DNA of 64,000 nucleotides from a bacterium (GTDB lineage: Bacteria; UBA8248). The notes below the pieces were generated by a model. That model searched no databases and had not been told where the DNA came from. It saw nothing but the letters and a program-made list of their open reading frames with translations. The translations under genes were made by a program, and so were the position numbers. Positions 9,541-18,024 of this stretch are shown here, in pieces. The stretch spans positions 416,001-480,000 of the forward strand of contig OZ244799.1 of NCBI GenBank assembly GCA_965219955.1, written 5' to 3'. Position 1 is the stretch's first letter, and every line of letters begins with the position of its first letter.

Positions 9541-10365
9541 ATGAACGAGGATAGCCGGCGGACTCTCCATGAGCGCGCGTGCCGCAATGGTGAGGAATTC
9601 TACGTCGACCCCGAGACGGGGTGGCGCGTTTTCACCGAGGTCGGGCTCAGGCGGCGCGGGAGTTGCTGCGGCAGCGGCTGCCGCCACTGTCCCTATGCGC
9701 ACGAGGCGGTGCCTGTGGAAGAGCGCGCCCGCCTCGCCCGACGGTCCACCTGGATGACGGGCGCGGAACCTCCAGCGGAACCCGCCGACGTGCTCTTCTG
9801 GAGCGGCGGGAAGGACAGCTATCTCACCTGGCGGGCCTTGCGGCGCGAGGGCGAAAGACCAACGGTTCTGCTCACCACCTTCGACGCGGCGAGTCGGAAA
9901 ATCGCGCACCAGGAACTCGATATCGAACTGGTGGCGCGCCAGGCGGAACACCTGGGAATCCCGCTGTTGGGCGTGCCCCTCCATCCGGGTGAGGCGTATG
10001 AGGCGCGCATTGGCGAGGCGGCCCGCATGATTCCGAAGGTAGCGCGCTTCGTCTTCGGCGACCTGCATCTCGAACACATTCGCGACTGGCGCATCGAAGC
10101 GTTCCGGGAATTGGCCGCCGAGCTTGACGCGTCGCTCCACTTCCCGCTGTGGGGCGCGCCGTATGAGGACTTGATGGATGAGCTCGAAGCGAGCGGCGCC
10201 GTCTGCGAGGTGTCGGCGGTGACCGAAGTTGCGTTAGGCGTCGTGCAAGTCGGGCAGCGCTTCGACCGCGCGATGATGACGGCTCTGCCGGAGCGCATCG
10301 ACCGGTTCGGTGAAAACGGGGAGTTTCACACCCTCGTCAAGGTCTGGGCGGGGGATATGGGATAA
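9541..10365 (+). CDS. DUF5522-like Cys domain fused to a Dph6-like (diphthine-ammonia ligase family) PP-loop ATPase
   Basis: CCGSGCRHCPY, then WSGGKDS, FGDLHL, FPLWG and GENGEFHT. Confidence 0.8.
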   Translation: MNEDSRRTLHERACRNGEEFYVDPETGWRVFTEVGLRRRGSCCGSGCRHCPYAHEAVPVEERARLARRSTWMTGAEPPAEPADVLFWSGGKDSYLTWRALRREGERPTVLLTTFDAASRKIAHQELDIELVARQAEHLGIPLLGVPLHPGEAYEARIGEAARMIPKVARFVFGDLHLEHIRDWRIEAFRELAAELDASLHFPLWGAPYEDLMDELEASGAVCEVSAVTEVALGVVQVGQRFDRAMMTALPERIDRFGENGEFHTLVKVWAGDMG

Positions 10366-10667
10366 ATCGCTACAGCAGATTCCAGGATGGCTTCGCGGCG
10401 GATGTGGTTACGGCTTTGTTCGACCCCCGCGCGCTCGACAAGGTCCACATCGCGCCCGAAAATCCCCTTCAATTCCTCCTCCATTCGCACCATGTCGAAG
10501 AGCGTATGGCGTGCGCTTTCCTCGAAGCTGACGAGGAGGTCGACGTCGCTATCGGGGCCGAAGTCCTCGCGCAACGCCGAGCCGAAGACGTCGAACTGCG
10601 TAACCTGCCAGCGTTCGCAAAAGGCGGTGATTTCCTCGCGCGATGCCTCAAGGTCGAGACGCATCAT
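10326..10667 (-). CDS. Orphan minimal nucleotidyltransferase (MntA-type antitoxin)
   Basis: FGSALREDFGPDSDVDLLV...GRDVDLV. The 3' end reads into the convergent Dph6-like gene and no HEPN gene follows. Confidence 0.8.
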   Translation of the reverse strand: MMRLDLEASREEITAFCERWQVTQFDVFGSALREDFGPDSDVDLLVSFEESARHTLFDMVRMEEELKGIFGRDVDLVERAGVEQSRNHIRREAILESAVAIYPISPAQTLTRV

Positions 10668-10751
10668 GAAACTCCCTGGAAACGGAGATTCCGGGCGACG
10701 CGCGCATTTTCTCACAAACCGCGCGGCGCGTCTTGTCTTACAATAGAGCCT

Positions 10752-11183
10752 CTAAGGCCGCCGCTCCCAGTCGGCGATTCCGCCGGGCGTGACGCGGAAG
10801 AGGGGATGGGGCAGGGGGGCATCCTCCGCCAGGTATTTTTCGTGCAGTTCGGGCGCGCGGGTTTCGAGCTTGCTCATCAGGTGACGCCATTCGAATTCGA
10901 GCTGGCCGCTCGTTACGTCCAATCGCTTCGAAGTGCGCAGGCGGCCTATCTTGCCTTTCTCGAACCGGTAGCCCCGCTCAGTGGATTCCGCATGCACGGC
11001 TCTCAGGTATTCGGCGATGAGGGCGGCGGATCTGGCGCCACCCCGGAACCGCTCCAGTTGGGGATGATTGCGGTAGCCCTTCGTCTTGCCCGCGATAATC
11101 CTCTGGGCGAGCAGGGCTTCTCGCCATAGAGCCACCAGCCCCCTGGCGTCGAGATATCCGGGATGAAGGCTCCACAAGCGCAT
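10752..11183 (-). CDS. Pyrimidine-dimer DNA glycosylase / T4 endonuclease V-like protein
   Basis: MRLWSLHP.YLD..GLVALWRE.LLAQ, GYRNHPQL.RF and RGY.F. Confidence 0.88.
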   Translation of the reverse strand: MRLWSLHPGYLDARGLVALWREALLAQRIIAGKTKGYRNHPQLERFRGGARSAALIAEYLRAVHAESTERGYRFEKGKIGRLRTSKRLDVTSGQLEFEWRHLMSKLETRAPELHEKYLAEDAPLPHPLFRVTPGGIADWERRP

Positions 11184-11227
11184 CTTACGTCCCCCGGCGG
11201 CGTCGGTATTCGAAAGAGCCCCTTTAC

Positions 11228-11432
11228 GGGGTTGTTGGAAAGGCCCTATCCGACCTTCGAGATTGTTCGCCGTAGGGACAGGCCTCCGTGCCTGTCCGAG
11301 GTTTCTTACGGGCATGGACATTCCCGGTAGGGGCGGGCACGGAGGCCCGCCCCTACGGTTGAAATTTTCATCCGCGGCGAGCGCGGCCATAGTTCGCCAT
11401 CCCTCGTTCATCGGGGCTTTTTCAACAGCCCC
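11228..11432. mobile_element. MITE-like composite with a GTAG REP pair
   Basis: GGGGTTGTTGGAAA...TTTTTCAACAGCCCC enclosing GTAGGGACAGGCCTCCGTGCCTGTCC and GTAGGGGCGGGCACGGAGGCCCGCCCCTAC. Confidence 0.65.
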
Positions 11433-11492
11433 CTCAAGGGGGGAGTGAAGTCTCCTCCCTCCCCGATCGGCTACAACCCCCTTACGCCCCGC

Positions 11493-12293
11493 CTATTTTT
11501 TCTTTCTCGGGTTTTTGTTGATGAACGCTTCGCGGACGTAGCGGACGACCGACCAGATATCCTCGTCTTTCAGCAGGTGGCCGTAGGACTGCATGAAATT
11601 GAACTTCTTTATCTCGCTGGCGTCGATGCGGCCGAGTTTGATGACCCAGAAGAGAAACCCGTCGCTGAAGCGCGCCATCTGTTCTCGCAGGTGATAGTTC
11701 ATCGGCGGCGGCTGGATGTGGCTGATGAACGGCTTTCCGGGGTCCTGATCCTCCACCGGGCGAATTCCGTTCCCGACCCCCTTTCCGCCGTGGCACTGGG
11801 AGCAGGCGTCGGTGAAGATTTCCCGGCTCTGCTCGTCTTTCGGCTGGTCCCCTTTGCTGAAGCCGCGCACCCACCTGATGAGTTTCCGGATCTGCTCGTC
11901 TTCGAGCGACTCGGCGAACGAGGGCATGGCGGTGGGGACGCCGTTCTTCACCTTGTGGCCCCTGGTCCGGTTTTTGAGCACGTTCATCTTGCCGAACTTC
12001 ACGACGGCGAACATGTAGTCGTCCGTCATGCGCTTCATGTAGGGGCTGATGAACACCTGGGGCCTCGGCCTCACCGTCCGCCAGATCGGCCCCTTGCCGT
12101 CGCCCTTGACCCCGTGGCAGGAGAAGCAGATCTCCCCGTAGATTTTCTTGCCCCGCCGGTAGTCCCCGCCGTTTTGCTGTGCCGTCTCGGGTTTGGGAGG
12201 GATTCTCCTGGCCGCATGAGAGGCGGCGGGTGTGATGAGGCTCAACGAGCAAGCCACTACGATCCATAGGCCGGTTTTCTGCCACAACTTCAT
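11493..12293 (-). CDS. Periplasmic diheme cytochrome c
   Basis: Signal peptide (ASHA-A); CFSCH and CSQCH in two similar domains, each with a downstream Met (AMPSF, FMQSY). Confidence 0.85.
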   Translation of the reverse strand: MKLWQKTGLWIVVACSLSLITPAASHAARRIPPKPETAQQNGGDYRRGKKIYGEICFSCHGVKGDGKGPIWRTVRPRPQVFISPYMKRMTDDYMFAVVKFGKMNVLKNRTRGHKVKNGVPTAMPSFAESLEDEQIRKLIRWVRGFSKGDQPKDEQSREIFTDACSQCHGGKGVGNGIRPVEDQDPGKPFISHIQPPPMNYHLREQMARFSDGFLFWVIKLGRIDASEIKKFNFMQSYGHLLKDEDIWSVVRYVREAFINKNPRKKK

Positions 12294-12393
12294 TTCCTGT
12301 CCTCTTCCAGCGGTCTCGTCGATACGGGTTGGAGGCTGAGTCTCAAGCGCGGGCGCGCCGGTTGCTCACCCGATCATGCCGGTCAAGCCACCA

Positions 12394-13413
12394 TTATTTC
12401 TTCGCGCAAGGGTTTTTGGCGCACGGATTCCTGGCGGCACACGGGTTTTTCGGTGCGCAAGGGTTGTTCGCACAAGGATTTTTGGCGGCGCATGGGTTTT
12501 GGGGAGCGCAAGGGTTTTGTGCAGCGCACGGATTGCTGGACGCGCCCGGGCTTTGGGGTGCGCGCGGGTTCGTGGCGGCGCATGGATTCGCCGGTGCGCC
12601 GGGGTTGTTCGGCGCACACGGATTCGCAGGTTCGCTTAAGTTTCTCGCAACGGGAGAATCCCTGCCGGGATTCTTCGGCTCGCCGGGGTCGCCTCCGCCG
12701 GGGTTTGCGCCACCGGCCGCGGGCTGCGCCGTCTTCATGAACGCCTTGCGCTTCGCCTCCCACTCGAGCATGCGCTCGTACCGCGCGGGTGTGAGGGAGA
12801 CCACGTAGGCCTCCAAATCCTTGTATTCCTGCGAATAGGGGTTCATGGGCGGGTTGCCGATGAACGTCGTGGCGCACCAGTCGTTGAACTGCCCGACGCT
12901 CGCCACCTGTCCCGCAGGGCTCAGGCGCGGGAAGTGGTCCGCCGCTCCGATGAGGGTCGGGACGGGAACCGGATGCCTCGCGCCCTTTACGTCCACGACT
13001 GTGCCCCGGATGGTGCGGCCCCGGGGGTGGCAGCTGACGCAGCCGATGCCCCGGAAGACTTTCCTGCCCCGGGCGACGGCGTCCTTCACGCTGGCGTCGC
13101 GCTTCGGGGTGGAGAGGGGAGTCGGATGCGTGATGGCCGGCTTCCTGCTCGCCGCCCGGGCCTCGCCGCCCGCAGGGGGAGTAAGCTGGTTGTCTCCGCC
13201 GGGATTTTTCACTGTTCTTGCACAAGCATTCTTCGCCGCGCAGGGGTTTTGGGGCGCACAGGGGTTATTCGCTGCACAGGGGTTGCCCGGTGCGCAGGGA
13301 TTTTGGGCTGCGCACGGGTTCTTGGGTGGGTCCGCCGCATGGACGGGAAGGGCGGCCCATACCGAGACGTTCAGGAGCGCGCCGAGGAGGAGGAGCCTCG
13401 ATTTTCTCAGCAT
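12394..13413 (-). CDS. Secreted monoheme cytochrome c (SoxA/TsdA-like core) flanked by NPC Cys-repeat arrays
   Basis: AGGAGG RBS, signal peptide (VHA-A), 5 NPC plus 1 NAC before the core and 10 NPC after it; core CVSCH...FPR...NDWC...EYKDLEAYVVSL. Confidence 0.8.
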   Translation of the reverse strand: MLRKSRLLLLGALLNVSVWAALPVHAADPPKNPCAAQNPCAPGNPCAANNPCAPQNPCAAKNACARTVKNPGGDNQLTPPAGGEARAASRKPAITHPTPLSTPKRDASVKDAVARGRKVFRGIGCVSCHPRGRTIRGTVVDVKGARHPVPVPTLIGAADHFPRLSPAGQVASVGQFNDWCATTFIGNPPMNPYSQEYKDLEAYVVSLTPARYERMLEWEAKRKAFMKTAQPAAGGANPGGGDPGEPKNPGRDSPVARNLSEPANPCAPNNPGAPANPCAATNPRAPQSPGASSNPCAAQNPCAPQNPCAAKNPCANNPCAPKNPCAARNPCAKNPCAKK

Positions 13414-13507
13414 GGATCCTCCTCCCTTTGGGGAGTGGTTTCGATGCGGCAACGGGAAGGGGAATGCCGTCATGGATTCTGCCTCGTGAGGCGGCGGCGC
13501 CGGACGC

Positions 13508-13516
13508 ATTATACCA
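13508..13516 (-). promoter_or_regulatory. Extended -10 promoter upstream of the NPC cytochrome
   Basis: Minus strand TGGTATAAT, about 95 bp before the ATG. Confidence 0.45.
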
Positions 13517-13527
13517 GAGTCGGGAGT

Positions 13528-13950
13528 CTAGGGCAGCAGCCGCATCCCCAGAACGGCGACGAACAGGGCGATAAAGACGGCCAGGAAACCGCAGTAGGAG
13601 TGAATCTGCCTCAAATCATTGTTCTTGAGGTTTTTCTTGAGCCTTCGGCCCAGCCAGGCCGTCGTCCAGAACAGGACGAGCGCCAGGGTGGCGAAATAGC
13701 TGTGCGCCGTCTCGTAGAGGGGGCCTTCCAGGGCGAAGCGCATCCCGCCCAGACCGAGAGCGTAGCCCACGGAGAAAAGCGCAATAAACCACCGCCCGAG
13801 CCGCATGTGCAGGCGGGCGACGCGCGCCGTCTCGGGCCCGGCGCCCCCTGTGCGCGAGCGCCTCACGCGCAGGCCGTTCGCAAGCACAATCAGGCCCAGC
13901 GAGAGGGTGGCGATCTGAAAAGCCGGATGAATGTACGCCCCAAAATTCAT
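13528..13950 (-). CDS. Four-TM membrane protein with four His (DUF4079 / cytochrome b-like)
   Basis: His8, His48, His83 and His117 each sit at the start of a hydrophobic helix. Confidence 0.65.
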   Translation of the reverse strand: MNFGAYIHPAFQIATLSLGLIVLANGLRVRRSRTGGAGPETARVARLHMRLGRWFIALFSVGYALGLGGMRFALEGPLYETAHSYFATLALVLFWTTAWLGRRLKKNLKNNDLRQIHSYCGFLAVFIALFVAVLGMRLLP

Positions 13951-14101
13951 GCGCCTCTGCTCCGGGGAGGTTCGATAAGCCGCGTTTCCATCTCCACCCC
14001 TGTTTACCTTGCCCGATGGGCAGACGTAAAGCTAAAATGTCTGAGTTGCGATTCTAACCAGCGATCCACGAGTGCAAGAAATTTTGAGTTAAAGGAAAGT
14101 A

Positions 14102-15004
14102 ATGACGGGTTCTTGGGAAGTACCTCAACCCCATGCCGTTTTCGAGGTGCGTGCGCCCGATTGCGCGACAGTATTCGTCCGCAGACACGGCAACCCGGCG
14201 GGGCCGCGCATGATCCTCAGCCACGGCAACGGCCTTTGCATGGACGCCTATTATCCGTTCTGGTCGCATTTCACCGATCGTTTCGACGTCTTCGTGCACG
14301 ATATCCGCAACCACGGCTGGAACCCGGCCAGCGACCTCCGCGTGCATAACGTGCCCACGTTCGTCGATGACGGCGCTCTCATCGTCCGCGAAATCGACCG
14401 GCGCTTCGGCGAAAAGCCCAGGATCGGCGTGTTTCATTCGCTTTCGGGCATCGTTGCGCTTCATCAGGCCATGCGTGGCGGGAGCGGGTTTTCGGCGCTG
14501 GTTCTGTTCGACCCGCCCATCTGTGCGCCCGGCGGTTTTCCGCAGGACATGGAGGGGGTGTGCAGCAGGCTGAGCGTCAGCACCGCAAAGCGCCGCGACA
14601 GGTTCGAGAGCCCCGAAGCGTTCGCAGAGCGTCTCTCCCGGAGCCCTGCCTTCAATCGCATGGCCCCCGGCGTGATCGAGCTGTTCGCCCGGACGACGCT
14701 TCGCCGCGCCGCCGACGGAGGGGGTTACGAACTTGCCTGTCCGCGCGATTACGAGGCTCAGGGCTTCGGGTTTCTTTTCATCTGGTCGATGACGGTGGAC
14801 TGGGACAGCGTCGACTGTCCCATGAAATTCATCGGGGGCGACCCGACGGTTCCGCACACGTACGTGCCGAGCATGGATTTAAGGGAACTCGTATTCGTCG
14901 ATTACGACTTCATACCGGAGGCGACTCACTTTCTCCAGTTCGAGGAGCCGGAGAGGTGCGCCGCCATGACGCTTGAATTTCTGGAAGGGCGCGGAGTGAT
15001 TTGA
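14102..15004 (+). CDS. Alpha/beta hydrolase
   Basis: HGNG, DIRNHG, FHSLSG nucleophile elbow, THFLQFE. Confidence 0.85.
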   Translation: MTGSWEVPQPHAVFEVRAPDCATVFVRRHGNPAGPRMILSHGNGLCMDAYYPFWSHFTDRFDVFVHDIRNHGWNPASDLRVHNVPTFVDDGALIVREIDRRFGEKPRIGVFHSLSGIVALHQAMRGGSGFSALVLFDPPICAPGGFPQDMEGVCSRLSVSTAKRRDRFESPEAFAERLSRSPAFNRMAPGVIELFARTTLRRAADGGGYELACPRDYEAQGFGFLFIWSMTVDWDSVDCPMKFIGGDPTVPHTYVPSMDLRELVFVDYDFIPEATHFLQFEEPERCAAMTLEFLEGRGVI

Positions 15005-15030
15005 GGGTGCGTGGACTTAGGGGATTTCCC

Positions 15031-15060
15031 TTGTCCGCAACAGAGGCGCGAGGCTATAGT
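15031..15060 (+). promoter_or_regulatory. Sigma70-like promoter
   Basis: TTGTCC-N18-TATAGT ahead of a ~165-nt leader. Confidence 0.45.
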
Positions 15061-15224
15061 AGCCGAAACGCGACCCCGGCCCATCGGCTGTAAAATCGGG
15101 AGTTTTACAAAGTGACCTGCTCCGCTCCCCAAGTAGCGGACTTGAGAATCAGGGACGTTGTTTGTGCGGCAATTTCGGCATGAGCCGGTTGGGTAGTGTT
15201 TGAAAAGCATTGCAAGGAGGAATC

Positions 15225-15866
15225 ATGTCCGTCATCGTGTATGTCCTGACCAACCCGGCGATGCCCGGCCTCGTCAAGATCGGAAAGACGACGCGGAGTG
15301 ATCTCGGGGCGAGAATGAAAGAATTGTATAAGACGGGCGTTCCCCTTCCGTTCGATTGCGCCATCGCGGTCGAGGTCGAGAATAATGGGGATGAACTGGA
15401 GAAAGCCCTTCATACCGCATTTGAGCCGCAAAGACTGAACCGTTCAAGAGAGTTCTTCCAGGTAGAGAGTTCCCAGGTGGAGGTTTTACTTAGTATCTGG
15501 CCGGACGCACGAGACGTTACGCCGGAGATTGAGCGTGACTTGGAGAAAGATTTGTCTGCCGAAGAAAAAGAGGATGTGAGGAAATTCAAAAAACGCAGAC
15601 CGAATCTGAATTTCAGGGTAATGGGAATACCGGATGGCTCGGAACTGGTGTCCACGAATGGCGCACGCGAGAAAGCGGTCGTTGTTGGAGAAAAAAAGGT
15701 GTTGTTTCGCGGCGAGGAAATGTTTCTGACGACGGCAACCAATATAGTCTTTGAGTTCGATTATTCGCTTAATCCCTGTCCTCGTTGGACTTTCGAAGGC
15801 AGAAATCTCTCGGATATTTACTCGGAAGTGTATGGGAGCAGCGACGGTGTGGTTGATACGAACTAA
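15225..15866 (+). CDS. GIY-YIG-related T5orf172-domain protein
   Basis: AGGAGG RBS; VYVLTNPAMPGLVKIGKT...TGVPLPF...E..LH..F...R...REFF; AT-richer codons than the flanking genes. Confidence 0.88.
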   Translation: MSVIVYVLTNPAMPGLVKIGKTTRSDLGARMKELYKTGVPLPFDCAIAVEVENNGDELEKALHTAFEPQRLNRSREFFQVESSQVEVLLSIWPDARDVTPEIERDLEKDLSAEEKEDVRKFKKRRPNLNFRVMGIPDGSELVSTNGAREKAVVVGEKKVLFRGEEMFLTTATNIVFEFDYSLNPCPRWTFEGRNLSDIYSEVYGSSDGVVDTN

Positions 15867-15949
15867 TCCGAACAGACGTTGCGATTATCCGTTTTTGGAA
15901 AGCGAAAAAGCATGGTGATATATCTCCTGAATTTCTGTGTGAGGATACC

Positions 15950-16744
15950 ATGAACCTAGAAGACCTGCGCGCCATCGCGCGCGGCGGCAGAGTGTTCGAT
16001 CTGGGCGTCGAGCTCTTTCCCGGCATGCCCCACGTGCCGCTCCACGGCCCGTTCGGGTATTCCATGATCAGGGAGCACGGCGACTTCATGTACGCGGGCG
16101 GGGCGTGTTCGGCGGTGGATACGTTCTTCTGCACCGGCCACACGGGCACGCACATCGACGCCCTGGGCCACGTCGCGCGGGACATGAAGCTCCACGGCGG
16201 CCTGGACGTGGCCGAGCACCAGAGCAAGACCGGGGGCCTGAAAGCCCACGGTATCGAGAGCGTGGCGCCCGTGGTGCGGCGCGGGGTGATGATCGACATG
16301 GCGGCATACCTGAAAAAAGACGTGCTGGAGGCGGGCCGGCCCGTCACGAAAGAAGAACTGGGAGCCGCCGCCGCAGCCCAGGGCGTTAGAATCGAAGAAG
16401 GGGACGTCGTCCTCGTGCGCACCGGCCACATGCGCCACTGGCCGGGCCGGGACTACTATCACCAGAAAGGCGGCGTGCCCGGGATCGACCTCGAAGCCGC
16501 CAGGTGGCTCTCGGATCAAGGCATCTTCATGGCGGGGAGCGACAACTTCGCCGTCGAGGTGCTGCCCGCCCCCTCCCTGCCGGTGCACTGCCACATGCTG
16601 GTGGACAGCGGAATACACCTGCTCGAAGTCGCCGTGCTGGAGGAGTTGAGCAAGGCCCGCGCGCATGAGTTTCTCTTCGTCTGTCTGCCGCTCAAGGTGC
16701 GCGGCGGAACGGGTTCGCCCGTCCGGCCCGTGGCCATCCTGTAG
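15950..16744 (+). CDS. Cyclase family metal hydrolase (kynurenine formamidase-like)
   Basis: HTGTHIDA, GDVVLVRTG, GSD and GGTGSPVRPVA. Confidence 0.9.
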   Translation: MNLEDLRAIARGGRVFDLGVELFPGMPHVPLHGPFGYSMIREHGDFMYAGGACSAVDTFFCTGHTGTHIDALGHVARDMKLHGGLDVAEHQSKTGGLKAHGIESVAPVVRRGVMIDMAAYLKKDVLEAGRPVTKEELGAAAAAQGVRIEEGDVVLVRTGHMRHWPGRDYYHQKGGVPGIDLEAARWLSDQGIFMAGSDNFAVEVLPAPSLPVHCHMLVDSGIHLLEVAVLEELSKARAHEFLFVCLPLKVRGGTGSPVRPVAIL

Positions 16745-16776
16745 ACGCATCTCCTTCCCGTACCGGTGAGATAGCC

Positions 16777-18024
16777 ATGCCCCGCGTGTTCGAGGACAGG
16801 GCCAAAGCGCTCCTTGGCGACGCGGGCGTTCGCGTCCCCGAGGGGCGTTCTGCGGCTACCCCGGAGGAAGCGGCGGAAGCGGCGCGCGGGGTCGGCGGCC
16901 CCGTGATGGTGAAGGCCCTGGTTCCCGCAGGAAAGCGCGGCAAAGCGGGGGCCATACTCGCTGCGGATACGCCTGAAGAGGCGCAAGAGGCGGCGCGGAA
17001 ACTCCTGGGCCGCGTCGTGCATCATTTCCCCGTGAAACGCCTGCTGGTGGAGGAGAGGGTCTCGATAGCGCAGGAGTGGTATCTCTCTATCGCCTTCGAC
17101 AGCGCATCGCGCGGGCCGCTCGTCATGTTCAGCACCGAGGGCGGCGTGGAGATCGAGGCGCTCCTGGAAGATAACCCGGACGCCTTGAAGCGGCTTGAAG
17201 TCGATATCCTGGACGGCCTGGGCGAGGAGCGGTGCGTCTCGTTCCTGCGCGCGATGGGCGTGCACGGGGAGGGTCTCTACCGCGCGGCGATGGCCATTGA
17301 GGCCTGCTACGCGCTTTTCCGAAAAAGCGATGCGCGGCTTCTGGAGGTGAATCCGCTCGTCCTGACCGATAAGGACGAAGTCATCGCCGCCGCGTGCGTT
17401 CTCGATCTGGACGCGGACGCCCTGTTCCGCCACCCCGAACTGGAAGCGTTGCTGGATGAGGACTCCGGCGGCGGCTGGCGTCCGCCCACTCCCGCCGAGG
17501 TGAGGGTCGCGGAGATAGACGCGAGAATCCCTCCCTGCAACACGGCGCGCTTCACCGAGATCGAGAGCGGGGAGATCGCCCTCATGTGGAGCGGGGGCGG
17601 GGGCGGCCTGTATCTGCTGGACACGATGGCGCGCCTGGGCGGCAGGCCCGCCACGGCGTTCGACATCACGCCGGGGCCGCTCGAGGAGAAGTATTTCGAG
17701 ATCACCAAAGAGATCCTCGCTATGCCGAACGTGAAGGGCGTGCTCGCGGGCAGCAACATCACGAGTTTCTCGCGCGTCCAGCTCAAAGTCCACGCCATCG
17801 CCCGCGCGGTGGAGGAGACGGGGGTCGATTTGGCGGAATTCCCCTTCATCGTGCGCTTCGCGGGCGCGGGCGGGGAGGAGGCGCGGGAGATAGCGGAGAG
17901 TTGTCCCGGTCTTCAGTATCTGGGCGATGAGGTGACGCTCGAAGAGGCCGCCGAGCGCATCGTCGCCCAGGTGGAAGCCGTCAAGCGCGGGGAGCCGTGG
18001 ACGGGCGCGGGAGGCGCCCCATGA
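16777..18024 (+). CDS. Divergent succinate-CoA ligase beta-like ATP-grasp subunit
   Basis: VKA...GKRGKAG, STEGGVEIE, LLEVNPL and LDADALFRHPE. Confidence 0.8.
   Translation: MPRVFEDRAKALLGDAGVRVPEGRSAATPEEAAEAARGVGGPVMVKALVPAGKRGKAGAILAADTPEEAQEAARKLLGRVVHHFPVKRLLVEERVSIAQEWYLSIAFDSASRGPLVMFSTEGGVEIEALLEDNPDALKRLEVDILDGLGEERCVSFLRAMGVHGEGLYRAAMAIEACYALFRKSDARLLEVNPLVLTDKDEVIAAACVLDLDADALFRHPELEALLDEDSGGGWRPPTPAEVRVAEIDARIPPCNTARFTEIESGEIALMWSGGGGGLYLLDTMARLGGRPATAFDITPGPLEEKYFEITKEILAMPNVKGVLAGSNITSFSRVQLKVHAIARAVEETGVDLAEFPFIVRFAGAGGEEAREIAESCPGLQYLGDEVTLEEAAERIVAQVEAVKRGEPWTGAGGAP

Noticed and set aside
6400-11200. Integron cassette array for the TA and repair genes
   Set aside because: No intI, no convincing attC sites, and mixed gene orientations.
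12394-13413. NPC protein as a RiPP precursor of a local biosynthetic cluster
   Set aside because: No modifying enzyme (MNIO/DUF692, radical SAM, YcaO) is in the window; kept only as an alternative hypothesis.
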